From Lophium mytilinum (taxonomy: Eukaryota), in assembly GCA_010093605.1 (NCBI GenBank), contig MU004185.1:2253334-2317333 (forward strand): a stretch of DNA of 64,000 nucleotides, written 5' to 3'. Positions 1 through 12,391 of the stretch are shown here, in pieces. A program made the translations under genes and the position numbers. The notes under the pieces are model-generated. The model was given only the letters and a program-made list of their open reading frames with translations. It searched no databases and was not told the DNA's origin. Each line of letters begins with the position of its first letter. The first letter of the stretch is position 1.

Positions 1-93
1 GAATTCTTCCTTCTTCGACCGCGACCGATCCCCACAAACGCCGGATAGGGTCCCATCATCAGAGCGAGTTGCGGTTCCTGTCATAGCAGTCAT
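1..93 (-). CDS. Possible N-terminus of a gene running off the left edge (MTAMTGTATRSDDG...)
   Basis: ATG at 93 (minus strand) opens 31 codons to the window edge, preceded by a pyrimidine-rich leader; no family motif visible. Confidence 0.2.
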   Translation of the reverse strand, partial: MTAMTGTATRSDDGTLSGVCGDRSRSKKEEF

Positions 94-2602
94 CCCCCCC
101 TCGCCGAAACTGCAGGCTGAGATACCTCGGAAAAAAGCAAACTCGGAGAAAGAGACGTCAAAGGAGAAGGATGATAGTTGCGGGTCAAAAGATGGTCGTT
201 GAGTCGAACGCAGCAACAAGCCGAAATAATACGGCGTCACGGTCACAAGTATTTGCACACTCGTTCGGCAATGTTTTGGGCACTCTGTCGCGCTTTCAAG
301 ATTGTAGGCACGACTTTTAAGTTTCGTGCAGCGTGAACTGAGCTTTTTTTGCCCATTTTTCTTCTTAGCAACGGAGCTCCTCCATATAGCAATATTCAGC
401 TTCAAAGATAGCACTCAAGTACAGAGGGCTGAATCAACGTACTTTGCAAATTGCAATCTATAAAGCTGTTCCCATCCATGACTCGGTGAAATGGAGCCAA
501 TCGCATCAGGCCACATGATACTACCAAAGTTGCATCGTTTGAGTCCCCTTATCGATATCACGAACTCCAGTCCTCAACAAGTTGTTCTCTCCATCTCAAC
601 CATGTGTACTCACGTTGAAGTGAATCAGAGTGTCTTTCTAGCCTTCTGGTTGCATAGGTTCCCGATTTCCTTTCGGCCGGCTCGCGCTATAGCGCTCGGG
701 TAAGCGGTTCTTTCCATCTTTCTGGTATACGTTACAGCACTCCCGAGTAATGTTAGAGATTGGCAGTATCGAGTCTTAAGATCTAGTCGGTGTATGTAAT
801 TCTTTCCACTTCTGCCTGAGGTATAGCTGAAATTTATATGGAGCGAGGCTTCGACAGCGATTCCGACACTTCACTGATAAATGCCTTCCATTGCAGTGAG
901 CTGGCTAAAGCACGGCTCTCAAAGCCCTCCCGCAGGGTACAAGGAACTTACAGTGGTAAATCAGATTATCTCTTCCCACATCCCCAGCTCTTATCACGTC
1001 TAGTATTATAAGTGGCGACACAGTAACGATGATTGTATTGTTTCAGCTTATGACGGTGGCACTATTACGATTGTCATATCTATATTGATTATGTCGTCAG
1101 CGTCTGACTGGCCTCGGTTTCTCGTGTACTATGGTGAGCTCGAATAAGTCTGTAGGTCACTGATCCAAAGGCTTTCAGCCAACCGGATTTCGTTCAGCTG
1201 ATAACACATTATTTCTTCCAAATTGACACAAGACAAGTGCTACGCCACTAGATATCCGCACATATCTTGTCCAGTTCGCAGTTGAAACGCGTACTAAGTT
1301 GGCTTTCGACAGACCCGCCATCACAACTACGCTCTTGATACAGATATCAGGGGTAGCAACGGTCCAACTAGAATTCTAGCCTCCTGAACTATTTTCTAGA
1401 GCTGTTTGCGGAGAAAATAGCAATCATGAGTGCCAGGTTGGAAGAGATCTTTTACTTTCTTCGAGGTTGAGTCCGCGCCACGTGCGTCCAGGGCGAAGAT
1501 ATCTACTTAACATAAGCGCTTCAATAAACACAGTATGGAGCACTATACGTAGGAGGAGGGTTCACCGCGCATGTTTGGAGAAGGGCCTTGTACAAAGCTA
1601 CGTCAGTCGAAGTTTTATAGAAGGCAATCAATCCATGTTCTTGGGATAGAACTTCTTCCCAGGTCGCTACATGCAGCTCGAGATGTACGCCGACCCATAG
1701 ACCAAAGCTCTGCGTTGCGTGCTCTGAAACGAAAACGTCGAGGGGGTGTTTCAATTTTCCCTCTCGTGAGACGCAATGAATGAAACCTGGGTAGTCAGCA
1801 CGCGCGCAGTGGTGGCTTTCTAGAAGGAAGACTGGCGAATGGTGGCCGGGATGTTTTTAGTGAAGTATCAACGAACTGGTTTTCCAATGAGTTGTCGCAT
1901 TGCGATGCTGCAGCCATGGTTATGTGCTTCTGTATAAGAGACATATCAAATTACGAAGAGACTAGGAAATCGAATCGAGTGACAGTCTTCTGCTGGGGTA
2001 CAACTATATGTATGAAGAAAAGGTTGCGCCCAAAGCAATCGCGAACGGGTAGTCACGAGCTCGTGCACTATCAATAAATAGAGGTTTTGGACCTGATCTG
2101 TGGGTGACAGCGTCTTTATACCGGGTTGAATCGATACTGCTCCCATGGTACGTGCAAATCCCCACTCGGACCTTTGGTGACTGGAGGATCATTGCCAACT
2201 CAACTATGAGCGCCCGCTTCTAGGCCGAGCGAGAGGTGTCTTGCGGGTTTAGGATTCATGGCAGCCCTTCTGATGTCTGCGTGGTGACTCCTTCATGCCA
2301 CGGCATTTCAGAATCCCAGTCACGTGGTACATGCTGGTGGCGAATCCCAGATTGAATCGTACGATCCGAGCTGGGAGATGAATTTGTTGAAACTAGCTCC
2401 AGCAACTGCTAGCTTTTCCATCCTAACACAATCAGGCCTAGAGTGGCGGTGGATTGGTATATATAGCCCCAGAGGCCACCATCTGTTCTTGATACATCAT
2501 CGATCATAACTTTCAACAGAAATTTCTTTGCCACGATGATGCTATCTTCTGTCCACTTATCTCGAAGCTATTTTCCACACCTGACCAGACAAATCTCAGC
2601 TC

Positions 2603-3200
2603 AAAGCGCGAATCAAACACTTGGGCGCCCATCGACAAGCTTCAGTACTTCTGCTGTGTAAGTTCTGAGAAGCTTTGATTCGATTGTTGAACAGTCGGGG
2701 GTACCAGGACCGCAAAACGGAACTAACGTGTAGAGAGCATTTGAGCGGTACAGGGCCTCCTTTAAGAAAGTAATTCAGGCAGGTCGAAATATCAGTATGG
2801 CGAAGGTGTTATCATTTTGATGCCATTGTGTTTGAAATCATGTCAATGTCGCGTGGTGCCTATCTGGCTGCAGCTCCAAACTGGACTACACGGTCTGACA
2901 AGGAGATGAAGCTTCTTTGTCATGGCAATGTTATCCCATCTATTTTCAAGCTGTTGACTCTAATTAAGTAAAGAAAGCAGGACTATTAAAGCGCGAATCA
3001 AATACTTACACGTCCATCACCGAAATTTGCTCCCTTCTACTATGTAATATCTAGGAAGCTTACATCCAATAAGTAAAGAGAGGTGGCAGAGCACTTTAGA
3101 GTATTTTTTAGACACGATAGGCCCATGTTTCGGTTCCGACACACCTTTAGTACCACATTTCGAACAGGTCAGGTAGCGAAAATAATGAGCGGGTCCAGTC
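2603..3200 (-). pseudogene. Decayed tandem duplication with possible F-box-like fragments
   Basis: AAAGCGCGAATCAAA... starts at 2603 and 2988, with ~75 bp alignable. Minus-strand fragments FDLPELL..SLHVSSVLRSWYPRLF and SLFSLPD/VRNVVLK resemble F-box starts but are broken by stops and frameshifts. Confidence 0.3.
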
Positions 3201-3630
3201 ATTCTATCACTACTGGCCACGTATCAGGAAATTTTGGTCGTCTTGGAAAAACAGGCCCCATGAGCAGCCAAAATCTTGATTCTATATCTGTATCGAACAT
3301 TGCACCAAACCAGTGGACTTCGTTGCACTCACACAATGTCCGTAATTAGGCCTAGCCTCGACTTCACAGCAGATAGGCAGCTTCCATGGAAGGCAAGTGG
3401 TAGAACCCATCACACTGTCGTATCATACCCAGTCCCGTGATTTATAATGACTAAGCTCCACCTCATCAACCAGATTCTATAGGTAGGCCACGAAACACAC
3501 AAATACTTAAGGCAGTTTTTCTCCTCTCTCGATCATACTTTTCATATCATGACCTTCGTCTTCTCTACCCTTCCAACTCGACATTGCCTCGTGCGACCAC
3601 TTTCTCGTTCGCAGCAGCATATTCACCAGA

Positions 3631-5481
3631 ATGTGCAAAGCATTCGGATTTTCCTGCTGTTCACAGGAAGCAGGAGGACTGCAAATCCACGATACGTGGT
3701 GTCGAAAGTATGTAGTCTTCGAAACACAGGGATCCGAAACCCAAACGGTTGTTCCTCGAATAAACAATCTGGTCAAGTCCCACATACTTTTCCGAATGCT
3801 TCACTTCGTCTTTTGGTTGCCTAGTTTGCAGGAGAAACGGCCGGTAGCACTCGCTCAGGATGGGAGACATCCGACATTACCCTTGAGTCCCCTCCGGAAC
3901 GTCGAATTCTTACTGAACGACGTGCGTCTAGAAAGTGCGCGCCTTCTAAAATTTCCATCAGAGATTAGCTTTCTGAGATTTCCTTCAGAGGTTCGGAACA
4001 TGATCTACGGGTATATCCTACGCGAACTTGATCCTCTCTGGGTTATAACAGGGGCGCGCTCCAGGATGAAGATTTCGGGCAAAACCATGAACGCAATTCA
4101 CGCTTTCTACTATTCTCGGGCGACCCACTACGAAGCAACTACTTTCTGGATGGCAAACAACACATTCCGGATCTTGGAACGGCTCCCGCATCTCCCACTT
4201 TACTCTACCCTCACCTTTATATCCAACGTCCCCGGGCGCGACTTCATAACCAGTCTTGAAATCCGCAATCTTGGGGACATAGACTTGGTTGAATACAGAG
4301 TCTTCGACTATCTCACCCTAGCATTGAACATGTTCACTGTTTCCGTCTACAACCTGGAATCCTTTCCGAACCTCGATTCGATATGTATCGACATTGAGCC
4401 CTTGCTACTGTTGTCCCGACAAGCTTGCGGAGACACCAGTGATATTAACTTTCTGAGATCCTTGCACGACAAAAAGGACCCCTCCGATATTAGACACTTG
4501 GAGGAAACAGGTTGGATGGACAGGAACAAGATTCTGCAATCGCTCATCCAGTTGGTCAAGCAGCTGAGATTGAGGCGTCTGCGAGTGAAGTGGGTCCCAC
4601 TTAAGACCAGGAGTTCGACGCAGCGTGCCATAGGCGCATGGCCATGTGCTCGAGACCTGTCCAGTCTGTATTCGTGGCGCGAAGAAGACATTCAGATCAG
4701 TATGGAAAAATATCTAGAGAAACAAATTCAACCTTGTATCCTTTGGCATGGCCGCCTGACGAAGAACCAAGGGTGGAGAGGTGATGAAAACGCATTGATT
4801 CGACACGCTCAGGCCCAGCAACACGAAGAGGAGCAGACCCCCAGCGTACCAGAGCCGATGATAATCTCAGAGTCTTCGGGCGAGCTATCCAGCTGTAGCA
4901 GTGTACCAGGAAAAGAAGAACTTGAAGCCGATACGAATATCACCTCAGGCGATAGTGGAAGGGAGCGGATTCCGGATTTGCCAGAGCCGACGATAGCCTC
5001 AGAGTCTTCGGGAATTCAATCGAATTGCAGCAGTGTACCAGAGAAAGAAGACCTCGAAGCCGATACGAGTATCGTCGGCAGTGATCGCAGAGGAAAGCGG
5101 ATTACCAGCGTAGCAAAGCCGACAACAACCTCAGGATCTTCTGATGGGCCATCAGCCTGCAGAAAAACAAAGAAAGAAAATTATGAAGATCACTCGAGCA
5201 ACACCGCGGGCAATTATAAAGGGGAACAGCCCTTGCGACCATACCAATGCCAAATGTGGTTCCCTCAGAAGGAGGTCCAGACAACGTCTGCAAGATCCGA
5301 GGCTTTACATTGCGACGCAATCGAGTTCTGTGTCGGCTTAGAATACATCACTATGGGGCCACGTTACTTTTGCCTCCTCGTGGAGAAGCAATTTGCACAT
5401 TGGACCTTTGAATTCAAAGTAGAACGGACACTGGTAACTGGTTCAAGCACAACAGGTGTACTTGAGGAGGGCTGTGATTGA
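3631..5481 (+). CDS. Hypothetical protein with F-box-like (SFLxLPxEIRNxIY-type) motif and Ser/Glu-rich repeat tail; true start uncertain
   Basis: 616-aa ORF containing SFLRFPSEVRNMIYGYIL; aligns with the downstream paralog at 6282-7350. Confidence 0.65.
   Translation: MCKAFGFSCCSQEAGGLQIHDTWCRKYVVFETQGSETQTVVPRINNLVKSHILFRMLHFVFWLPSLQEKRPVALAQDGRHPTLPLSPLRNVEFLLNDVRLESARLLKFPSEISFLRFPSEVRNMIYGYILRELDPLWVITGARSRMKISGKTMNAIHAFYYSRATHYEATTFWMANNTFRILERLPHLPLYSTLTFISNVPGRDFITSLEIRNLGDIDLVEYRVFDYLTLALNMFTVSVYNLESFPNLDSICIDIEPLLLLSRQACGDTSDINFLRSLHDKKDPSDIRHLEETGWMDRNKILQSLIQLVKQLRLRRLRVKWVPLKTRSSTQRAIGAWPCARDLSSLYSWREEDIQISMEKYLEKQIQPCILWHGRLTKNQGWRGDENALIRHAQAQQHEEEQTPSVPEPMIISESSGELSSCSSVPGKEELEADTNITSGDSGRERIPDLPEPTIASESSGIQSNCSSVPEKEDLEADTSIVGSDRRGKRITSVAKPTTTSGSSDGPSACRKTKKENYEDHSSNTAGNYKGEQPLRPYQCQMWFPQKEVQTTSARSEALHCDAIEFCVGLEYITMGPRYFCLLVEKQFAHWTFEFKVERTLVTGSSTTGVLEEGCD
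4849..5145 (+). repeat. 132-bp (44-aa) coding tandem repeat, about 2.3 copies
   Basis: PEPMIISESSG..SSVP.KE.LEADT at 4849, PEPTIASESSG..SSVPEKEDLEADT at 4981, and partial AKPTTTSGSS at 5113. Confidence 0.85.
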
Positions 5482-6281
5482 TGGGATGATTGAGTAGAAG
5501 CCAATAACAACAGTCTTTCGCCGATCATTTCCTTAATAGTTTGACAATTCACGATGTAATATCACTCGACTTTTCGCATTCATGAGCTTGGAATCTGCAG
5601 ACGGAGAGGCAGTGTTCACACGGAGATCAACAGACATGAGATCATTGCGAACCCCTTACTCTCATTATCAATCTCGCTACCCCCGGACTCCTCAAGCGTC
5701 AAATCCATACCCGGACCGGTGGTAAGCGAATGATCACTCTTCCGACTCAACTGGAAACTTTCCTCCAGACTACGAATCAAACCCAGAATCATAAAAGTAA
5801 GAAACCCCTAAGGCGTAACAAATCTATAAGAAGCCCCGAGTTACACAAAATCTGTACCATACCACGGAAGAACCCGCTTTGGAGAGCACGTCACGACCAA
5901 TCTTATTGGTGATTCAGGGTCACCGCGCGTGGCCTTTGCCGACTCTGGAGAGACCCCACACTACATAAGTCTCCTCTCATGCGCCCCTCTTTCTCTCATC
6001 TAATCCTGTTCAAAAATCCGGCGCCCCTTTACTACCATATCTCTCTTCTCATTTTTACACGCTCGATTACACACTCGTCTCTGAACGCAGGTTCACTGGA
6101 ATAGACATATCTCATGGTGCTCCTGCACCTCTAATAGGGCCTCAAGCTTCATCCTGCCCGTGTCAAGATTGTTACCAAGCACGTTCACACCACACTCCCC
6201 CCAGGCTTTGGGCAGACTCCATCACGCTTCCAGGACGCATACTCGAGGTACCCTTTTGTCTCCAACTGGCATTATATCATC

Positions 6282-7350
6282 TTGCATCTTGCCTATTGCC
6301 TCTGTTCCAAGCTGAAACGACCGATATCAGCTTTTACACCCATTTTCAATGCTGGCTATGTTACGACGGTTACTGAGAGTCCTTCCATCGAGTTTCTGTA
6401 CTTTCCAGCCGAGATCCGAAACCTTATCTACCCATATCTCCTTCAAGAATTCCATGACGTCGAGATCATAGTGGGCGCGGACAGGAGGTTGAAGGCCTCA
6501 GGAGAGACGAACAATACCTTTAAAGCTCTGAACCACTGCAAGGAAATCCACCGCGAAGCGTCAAGTTTCTGGATGGCCAACAACTCCTTCCGGCTCATCG
6601 AACGGTAGCCCCTCCTTCCATTTCATACCACACTTACTTTGCTCCCTTCTGTCGGAAACCGCTACCGCTCCCTCGTTAAGAGTCTCGGTATACGCAATAC
6701 TCATACACTTTACCGAACACGCGATCTTTGATCATCGCAACGTAGCCCTTGGCAGATTCTCCACAGTCGTCGAGCTTTTGAAGCGCTTCACTCAACTGGA
6801 ATCTCTGTATATAGATGTCGAGCCTCTGCACCTGTTTGCTAGACTGGCTTGCGAAGACATCAAGAAGGACGACCTCTGTCCTGTTCTCGAAGACCATGAT
6901 TGGGACGACGACAGCTTGTCAATCCCGGGGAATATACGACCTATGTGGAAGGACTGGATGCAGAAAAACAGATTTCTACAATTGCTTATTCAAGTAGCTA
7001 AGCAGGTCCACCTGAAACACTTGGTGATCAGATGGGTGGATGTCGAGAATAGAAGCTCAACGTGGGAGACGTTAGGCGGATGGCCATGTACAGAACTGTC
7101 AATTCTGTATTTGTGGCGCACACGCACTATCCAACATAGTCTGGAAGAGTTTCTGGAAGGAGAAATCCAGCCTTGTGTTCTGGGATATGGTCCTGGTTCA
7201 TGTAAGGTGAGTGACCCTGTCACATGTTACGAGGAGAACTTATGCTAGGTACCGAGCGGAGTCGAGCGAGAAGCGTGAAAACACTTCGACGTGCACTGTA
7301 TAAGCGACGACGGGGCAGGAGACTGACCTGCCGCTATCGAAGACGACTAA
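6282..7350 (+). pseudogene. Pseudogenised paralog of the 3631-5481 gene
   Basis: FLYFPAEIRNLIY, FWMANNSFR, IDVEPL..ACED and GGWPC..LS.LY.WR all match the upstream gene; in-frame TAG at 6606-6608 and a frameshift near 6710. Confidence 0.8.
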
Positions 7351-8208
7351 GACAGGCCCGAGAGATGTAAGTATAGGGGAAGGCAGGTCTTGGTATGTAT
7401 AAGGGAACGACTGTTACAAATAGTATGAAAATAGACCCCATCCGAGGCTGACAACAGACTCCGTCATGGGCACCGATATAGCCTCTAAGCCTGAAATCGG
7501 TAGAGGGTGTTTATGGAGAATATTGAGGGAGATCTACGATCGGCTGCACCTAGAAGGTAAGACATGAGTACAATAAGAAAGCTAACAAGACTCTTAGATA
7601 TAATGATTTAGATATCAGCCTGAAAAATAATAAAACTCAAGTTGAAGCTTGGTCTCACGGTTTGAAGCATGGATCGAGGCAGTATACTGCTTCTCTGGTT
7701 ACTGCGGCACCACCGAATAAGATAGTTCGGAAAATAAGAGCTTCGTATATATATATACCTCTAAAACGTGGAGCATCATACTACACTGTGAAATACATAT
7801 GAATCACTACCCCCTTGTCAATGAAAGCATACGCGCTTATTGCGAATAATGTATATTAGGGAACTACTCGGTTTGAGTGGACGGTTAAGGAGGCGTCGAA
7901 CACGCTGGAACAAGCCTCGTAACGCTTCCATCGCACGTGTATAAACGTATTTCCAATAGCGCTGGAACGCTGTTCATGTAAGGAAATACCTAGTAGATTG
8001 TTCTCTGTTTGCTTGTTGATGAAAATACCAGGAACTCGGCAACACCGATTCTGATCTCACATCCCCGCCTCCTTGCGACATCGGGAAGCTCGGACCCTGA
8101 CAAATGGCGCCCCACCAATATACATGTCCTCTAAAGTACCTAACTTCCTTTGACTCACTATAATGCAATAACCTTCCCTTCCATATATCTTGCCTTACAT
8201 CTACCATC

Positions 8209-9390
8209 ATGGCGGATGATAGCTTCGGTGCATACGACGACTTCTGGCTTTTCGGCTACGGGTACGTATTACCCATCTCAACTCCAGCTATTGCCCGTAA
8301 CTTTCGGCCTACTTAGAGACTAATGCACGCTACATAGGAGTCTGATATGGAAGCCACCACCACATTATGGTAAGACCAGCAGCCGTTCCAATACACTGAA
8401 AGCAGCGTTTCGAACGATATGGGCTGATTTCTAATTGGATTCAAGATCAAAGAGTTCCCGGCTATATCGAGGGCTATGTGCGGCGATTCTGGCAGGCACG
8501 TACCCTTCACTTTTAATCTGCCACTCACAAGTAGGCTGCGTAGACGGTATTGAACTGAGGCTAATGGGGAATCATATAGGCAAGGTTCGTGTCTATCACG
8601 TGACATATAAGAAGACTAAATAGAAGCTAATTTACGAGAAGCGAGGATCACCGCGGCACTCCCGAAGCACCAGGACGAGTCGTCACCTTGATTGATCGCG
8701 CGCATTGGGAGACGCTTGTGGATGAGGTTGGTGTTCCTACGAACTCATCTCCATCTCTTATCACCCCATATCTGTCACCCATATCTATCACTATGTCTCA
8801 TTCTTCTTTCCTCTTCCGACTTCTTGCCCCTCTCTCCCTACCACTGCGCACAAACTGTAACAGCGCTACAGCACCCCTCCCCCCACCTCACCTGGGGCGC
8901 TGCCTACCACATCCCTCAGCAGCACGTCGCCGAAGTCCGCAACTACCTCGACATCCGCGAGATCAACGGGTACAGTATCCAATACACGCCCTTCCACCCC
9001 TCTCACAGCGCCGCCGACCCTTCGCCCCCAAAGCCGATCAAGTGTCTGGTTTACATCGGCCTGCCCTCGAACCCGCAGTTCCTCGGCCCGCAAGACCCGC
9101 AAGAACTCGCGGCGCATATCCTGAAGTCGCGGGGGCCGAGCGGGGAGAATAGGGAGTATCTCTTTATGCTGGAAGAGGCGTTGCTGGGGCTGAGTCCGGA
9201 GAGTGGAGATGGACATGTTAGTGATTTGGTAGCGAGGAGTAGGGAGATTGAGGCGGAAGAGAAGGTTAAGAAGGGGGTACATGGGGAAAATGGGGATGCA
9301 AAGGACGCCGATGGGAGAAGAGCAGATATTGGCGGGGCGGAGTTGCATAAGGTTGGTAGTACAGAGGAGCAGGAGGAAGTTGAGAAGTAG
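8209..9390 (+). CDS. chaC: ChaC-family glutathione-specific gamma-glutamylcyclotransferase (6 predicted exons, including a 5-nt microexon)
   Basis: Spliced product MADD..[67 protein letters not shown] matches ChaC hallmark motifs. Confidence 0.93.
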
Positions 9391-10105
9391 AGATTTGCGA
9401 AATAAGAGTCCACGAAGTCGGGAGAGCGGGGCCGGAATGTCCCAGGTGATGGGGTCGAAATCGTTGCTTTGGGCGTGGTTGATGCTATCGGACTATTCGT
9501 GGAGAACGCGTCTTGTCCCCCGCGACTGCGGTGTGTCGAGAGCCATATTCTTGTCCGATTAGAATAGACCCTGCTAGAACTAGTACGATTGTAAAGCAAA
9601 GGTGACTTTTGGAAACGATCATTCGGCTGAACGCAAGACCCCTTCGTTAATCAAAGTTGAAATTTCCTGTGTGACCTTTCACTGCTACGGCAGTACCTCC
9701 TGAGCCCGAGTAATAGACGGAACCGATCTCGGGGTTAGTGCCATCGGATTAAAACATTGTCATCGGCGGCTGTCTCGTATCGTATTTTGGTTTTGACCCA
9801 AGAGGCTCCATCCATATTGCGACGAAAAGATGACACTAAAACAGGCAAGGTATCAAATTCGTGAATCATTAATGAGGAATTTTCCTTCCAGAAGCGTTCT
9901 AGCAACACTGGGTGCGCCTAGGTATTATAGTCGTAATTCGTGATGGATAAAAGTTCGTCTCGTTCGTTATGGACTGAGCGGTATGCGGGTTCACTGGTAG
10001 GCCAAGGGGTTTGAGTCTCTTGAAGCTAACATCTAGAAAGCATAGTCAGAATCTGTGCTGAAAAGTTTGATTCTCAACGACGCGAACACGCGGGGGAGGA
10101 GTCGT

Positions 10106-12391
10106 TCAAGGTGTGATACGGACATAGAATAACCCAGCGTCGTATAATCCTTCATCTCCGAACACGCTAGCTCCGATCGGTTTGGGGATTATTGGCCCTT
10201 CGAAGTCGAACCAGGTCTTCGTCTGCCAACGGTGGTAGTCCACGTCGGGAACCTGGAATTGGAGCGGTCCGGTGGAGTATATATCGGTCGATATTGCTAA
10301 TGGCCCGAGCCTAGTGGATGCAACGGTTAAGGATGAGTATTGACTCTGAGTGGGAGGTGTTGGCGATCCTCTAACCTGAGCAGGGAGATCTCGTCCCATA
10401 ATCGCTTGGCCGCTGGGTTGAGTTTGAAGCCCACCCATACGCATTGCTGTAAGCGCGCAATCAAGGCGCAAGATGATGCTATTCCGAACTCACCGCAAGC
10501 TACAGTGAGTTGGCGTATGAACCAAGAAAAGTCGTGAGCCCCGAGGGTGGCGATGGCGCCGATGGATAGGATCCAGAGAAGAAGATCCGGACTGGCCATC
10601 CAATCTTGACGACATATAGCCCTGAGAGCTTCTTGCAGTCGTATGCTCAGGGGAAAGTGTAGATAGTGTGGTTCAGCATTGGGCGACACTGCTTCCGAGA
10701 CCCCAACAACGAAGATTAGGAGTGCGATACAAAGTGCTTCTTCGATTGGCATGCGAACGGATTCGGCATTTGAGTCGTTGCGCAGCCAACGGAGGAACAG
10801 GCATTCGAGTACGCTGGAATGGTTTTGGATGTCGAGGGGGTCTAGAGGACAGGCTGGATCTTCGAACCACGCATTGAGGTCCGCCGCGAAGTTGAGCAAA
10901 TCGTCGACGAGTTCGATGAGAGAATCTCTAATGTTGGCCGCTCGGCAGAGGTTGATGAAGTGCTGCGAGATGCCTGGTCGGTAGGCGGATGAGTTCGGAT
11001 TTCGTGATGAATGTGTGGGATCAAGGGGTGAGAGGTACGGGGGCTCGAAAGAAGCAATGGCATGTGCCGTGCTATGCCTGTTTGCTCAGTCAGCACTGCT
11101 ATCCGGTTTGGGAATACAAGTCGGACCACAACGCACCAAAGTATAAAGGCTTGTAGACATCGGTGAGTCCTGATTGCTCTTAGTCCTCCCCGCAGTTCTA
11201 CCATGCGTCGCAAGCCATTTAGATGGATCATGCGCTGATTGGGCTCCTCTCCTTCGCCGGATGTCTCGTCGTGGAAGAATGGCAGCAACAGGCTTTCTTC
11301 AACGCACAGCAGGTTGAACACCGCCGCAATATTACCATCTGAAATACCCAGCTCGGGGTCTGAGAGTGCTGCGTTTATCGCAGCTACAGCCTGCGCCTTG
11401 TGATATACGATGCTGAAGTAAGAACCCTTGCCTACAATATATAAATGCACGGCTGCAGCGCACAACAAGCTGTGCATGAAGGCGCTATTCCCCAGGGCTC
11501 TACCAAACCAGTCCGTCCTTATCAGGTCTGATTGATGACGTATGTCAACGGCGATTGTGCCAGGTGACATAACAGAAAGAACTGCAGCTTGCCGTTAGTG
11601 CCTATGCAAGCGTGTAAGGTGCTGGCTGAAACAAGACATCATTCGTGGGGGAGCGAAAGTAGCCGAAATATCCTGCTGGCGCGACATGGACAAGTCTTTA
11701 AGAACGGGTGGTTCGCCAGACTTTCATGGGCGAGAGGCCCACAGAACTTGCTCCCGCGAAGCAGATCTGCAAGCCCCAACAACAGGTCCCTCCAGCCTCT
11801 CGCATATGTGGTACACAGCAACGAATATGCAGACTTACAGTGAGTTAGGAGTTCTGAAACCCTAGAGTCTACCTCAACAGGGAAGCTCCCGAAGGGGTCC
11901 AGGAGCCCTTCCGAGACGATGCCGGCAGTTCGAAACGAAGCACTAGGTGGGAGCAGGATGCACCGGGGACATAGAGACTGGCCTGGCTGACAAGTAAAAA
12001 TCTGGCACTCGATGCACACAGTCTGCTTGGACAAGAAGACGCTGTTGTCGGTATAGGAGCCATACTGTGCATACTCAATATCACCAACGCTGGGAAGATC
12101 GGCAGGCGTTTGCGGCGTTGTTGGCTGGGTCAAGGGCGCATCAGGTGTGCCGACACTCGCTGAATCAGAGCTCCTCCTAGCTGAGGCTTGTTTGCCGGCA
12201 TTTTTACTTGTTGACCATGGGCGCTCCCTTCGGGCGCGTTGCATGACAAATGAACGAGCATTGCGACGACCTTGGCGGGAACCTTGCGCGGGCTTGGAGG
12301 AGTCGATGAAGAGGAAGGCCTGCGGAGGTTGCGCTTGCTGCTGGCTTGACTTCTCCTTGCCCTTGGATGGGATGCCCTTCCGGTCCTCCAT
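10106..12391 (-). CDS. Fungal-specific transcription-factor-domain protein (Fungal_trans_2-like), multi-exon
   Basis: N-terminal FLFID..RRNARSFVM, LDPF..FPV, then AFMHSLL, IHLNGLRRMVELRGG and LLLWIL.IG motifs, spread over ORFs 11639-12391, 10842-11570, 10327-10899 and 10106-10471 joined by GT-AG introns. Confidence 0.75.

Noticed and set aside
1521..2146. Minus-strand fragments (ALLQTC, LRNLI) hinting at another F-box-like relic
   Set aside because: The motifs are short and in different frames, and no gene model can be built.
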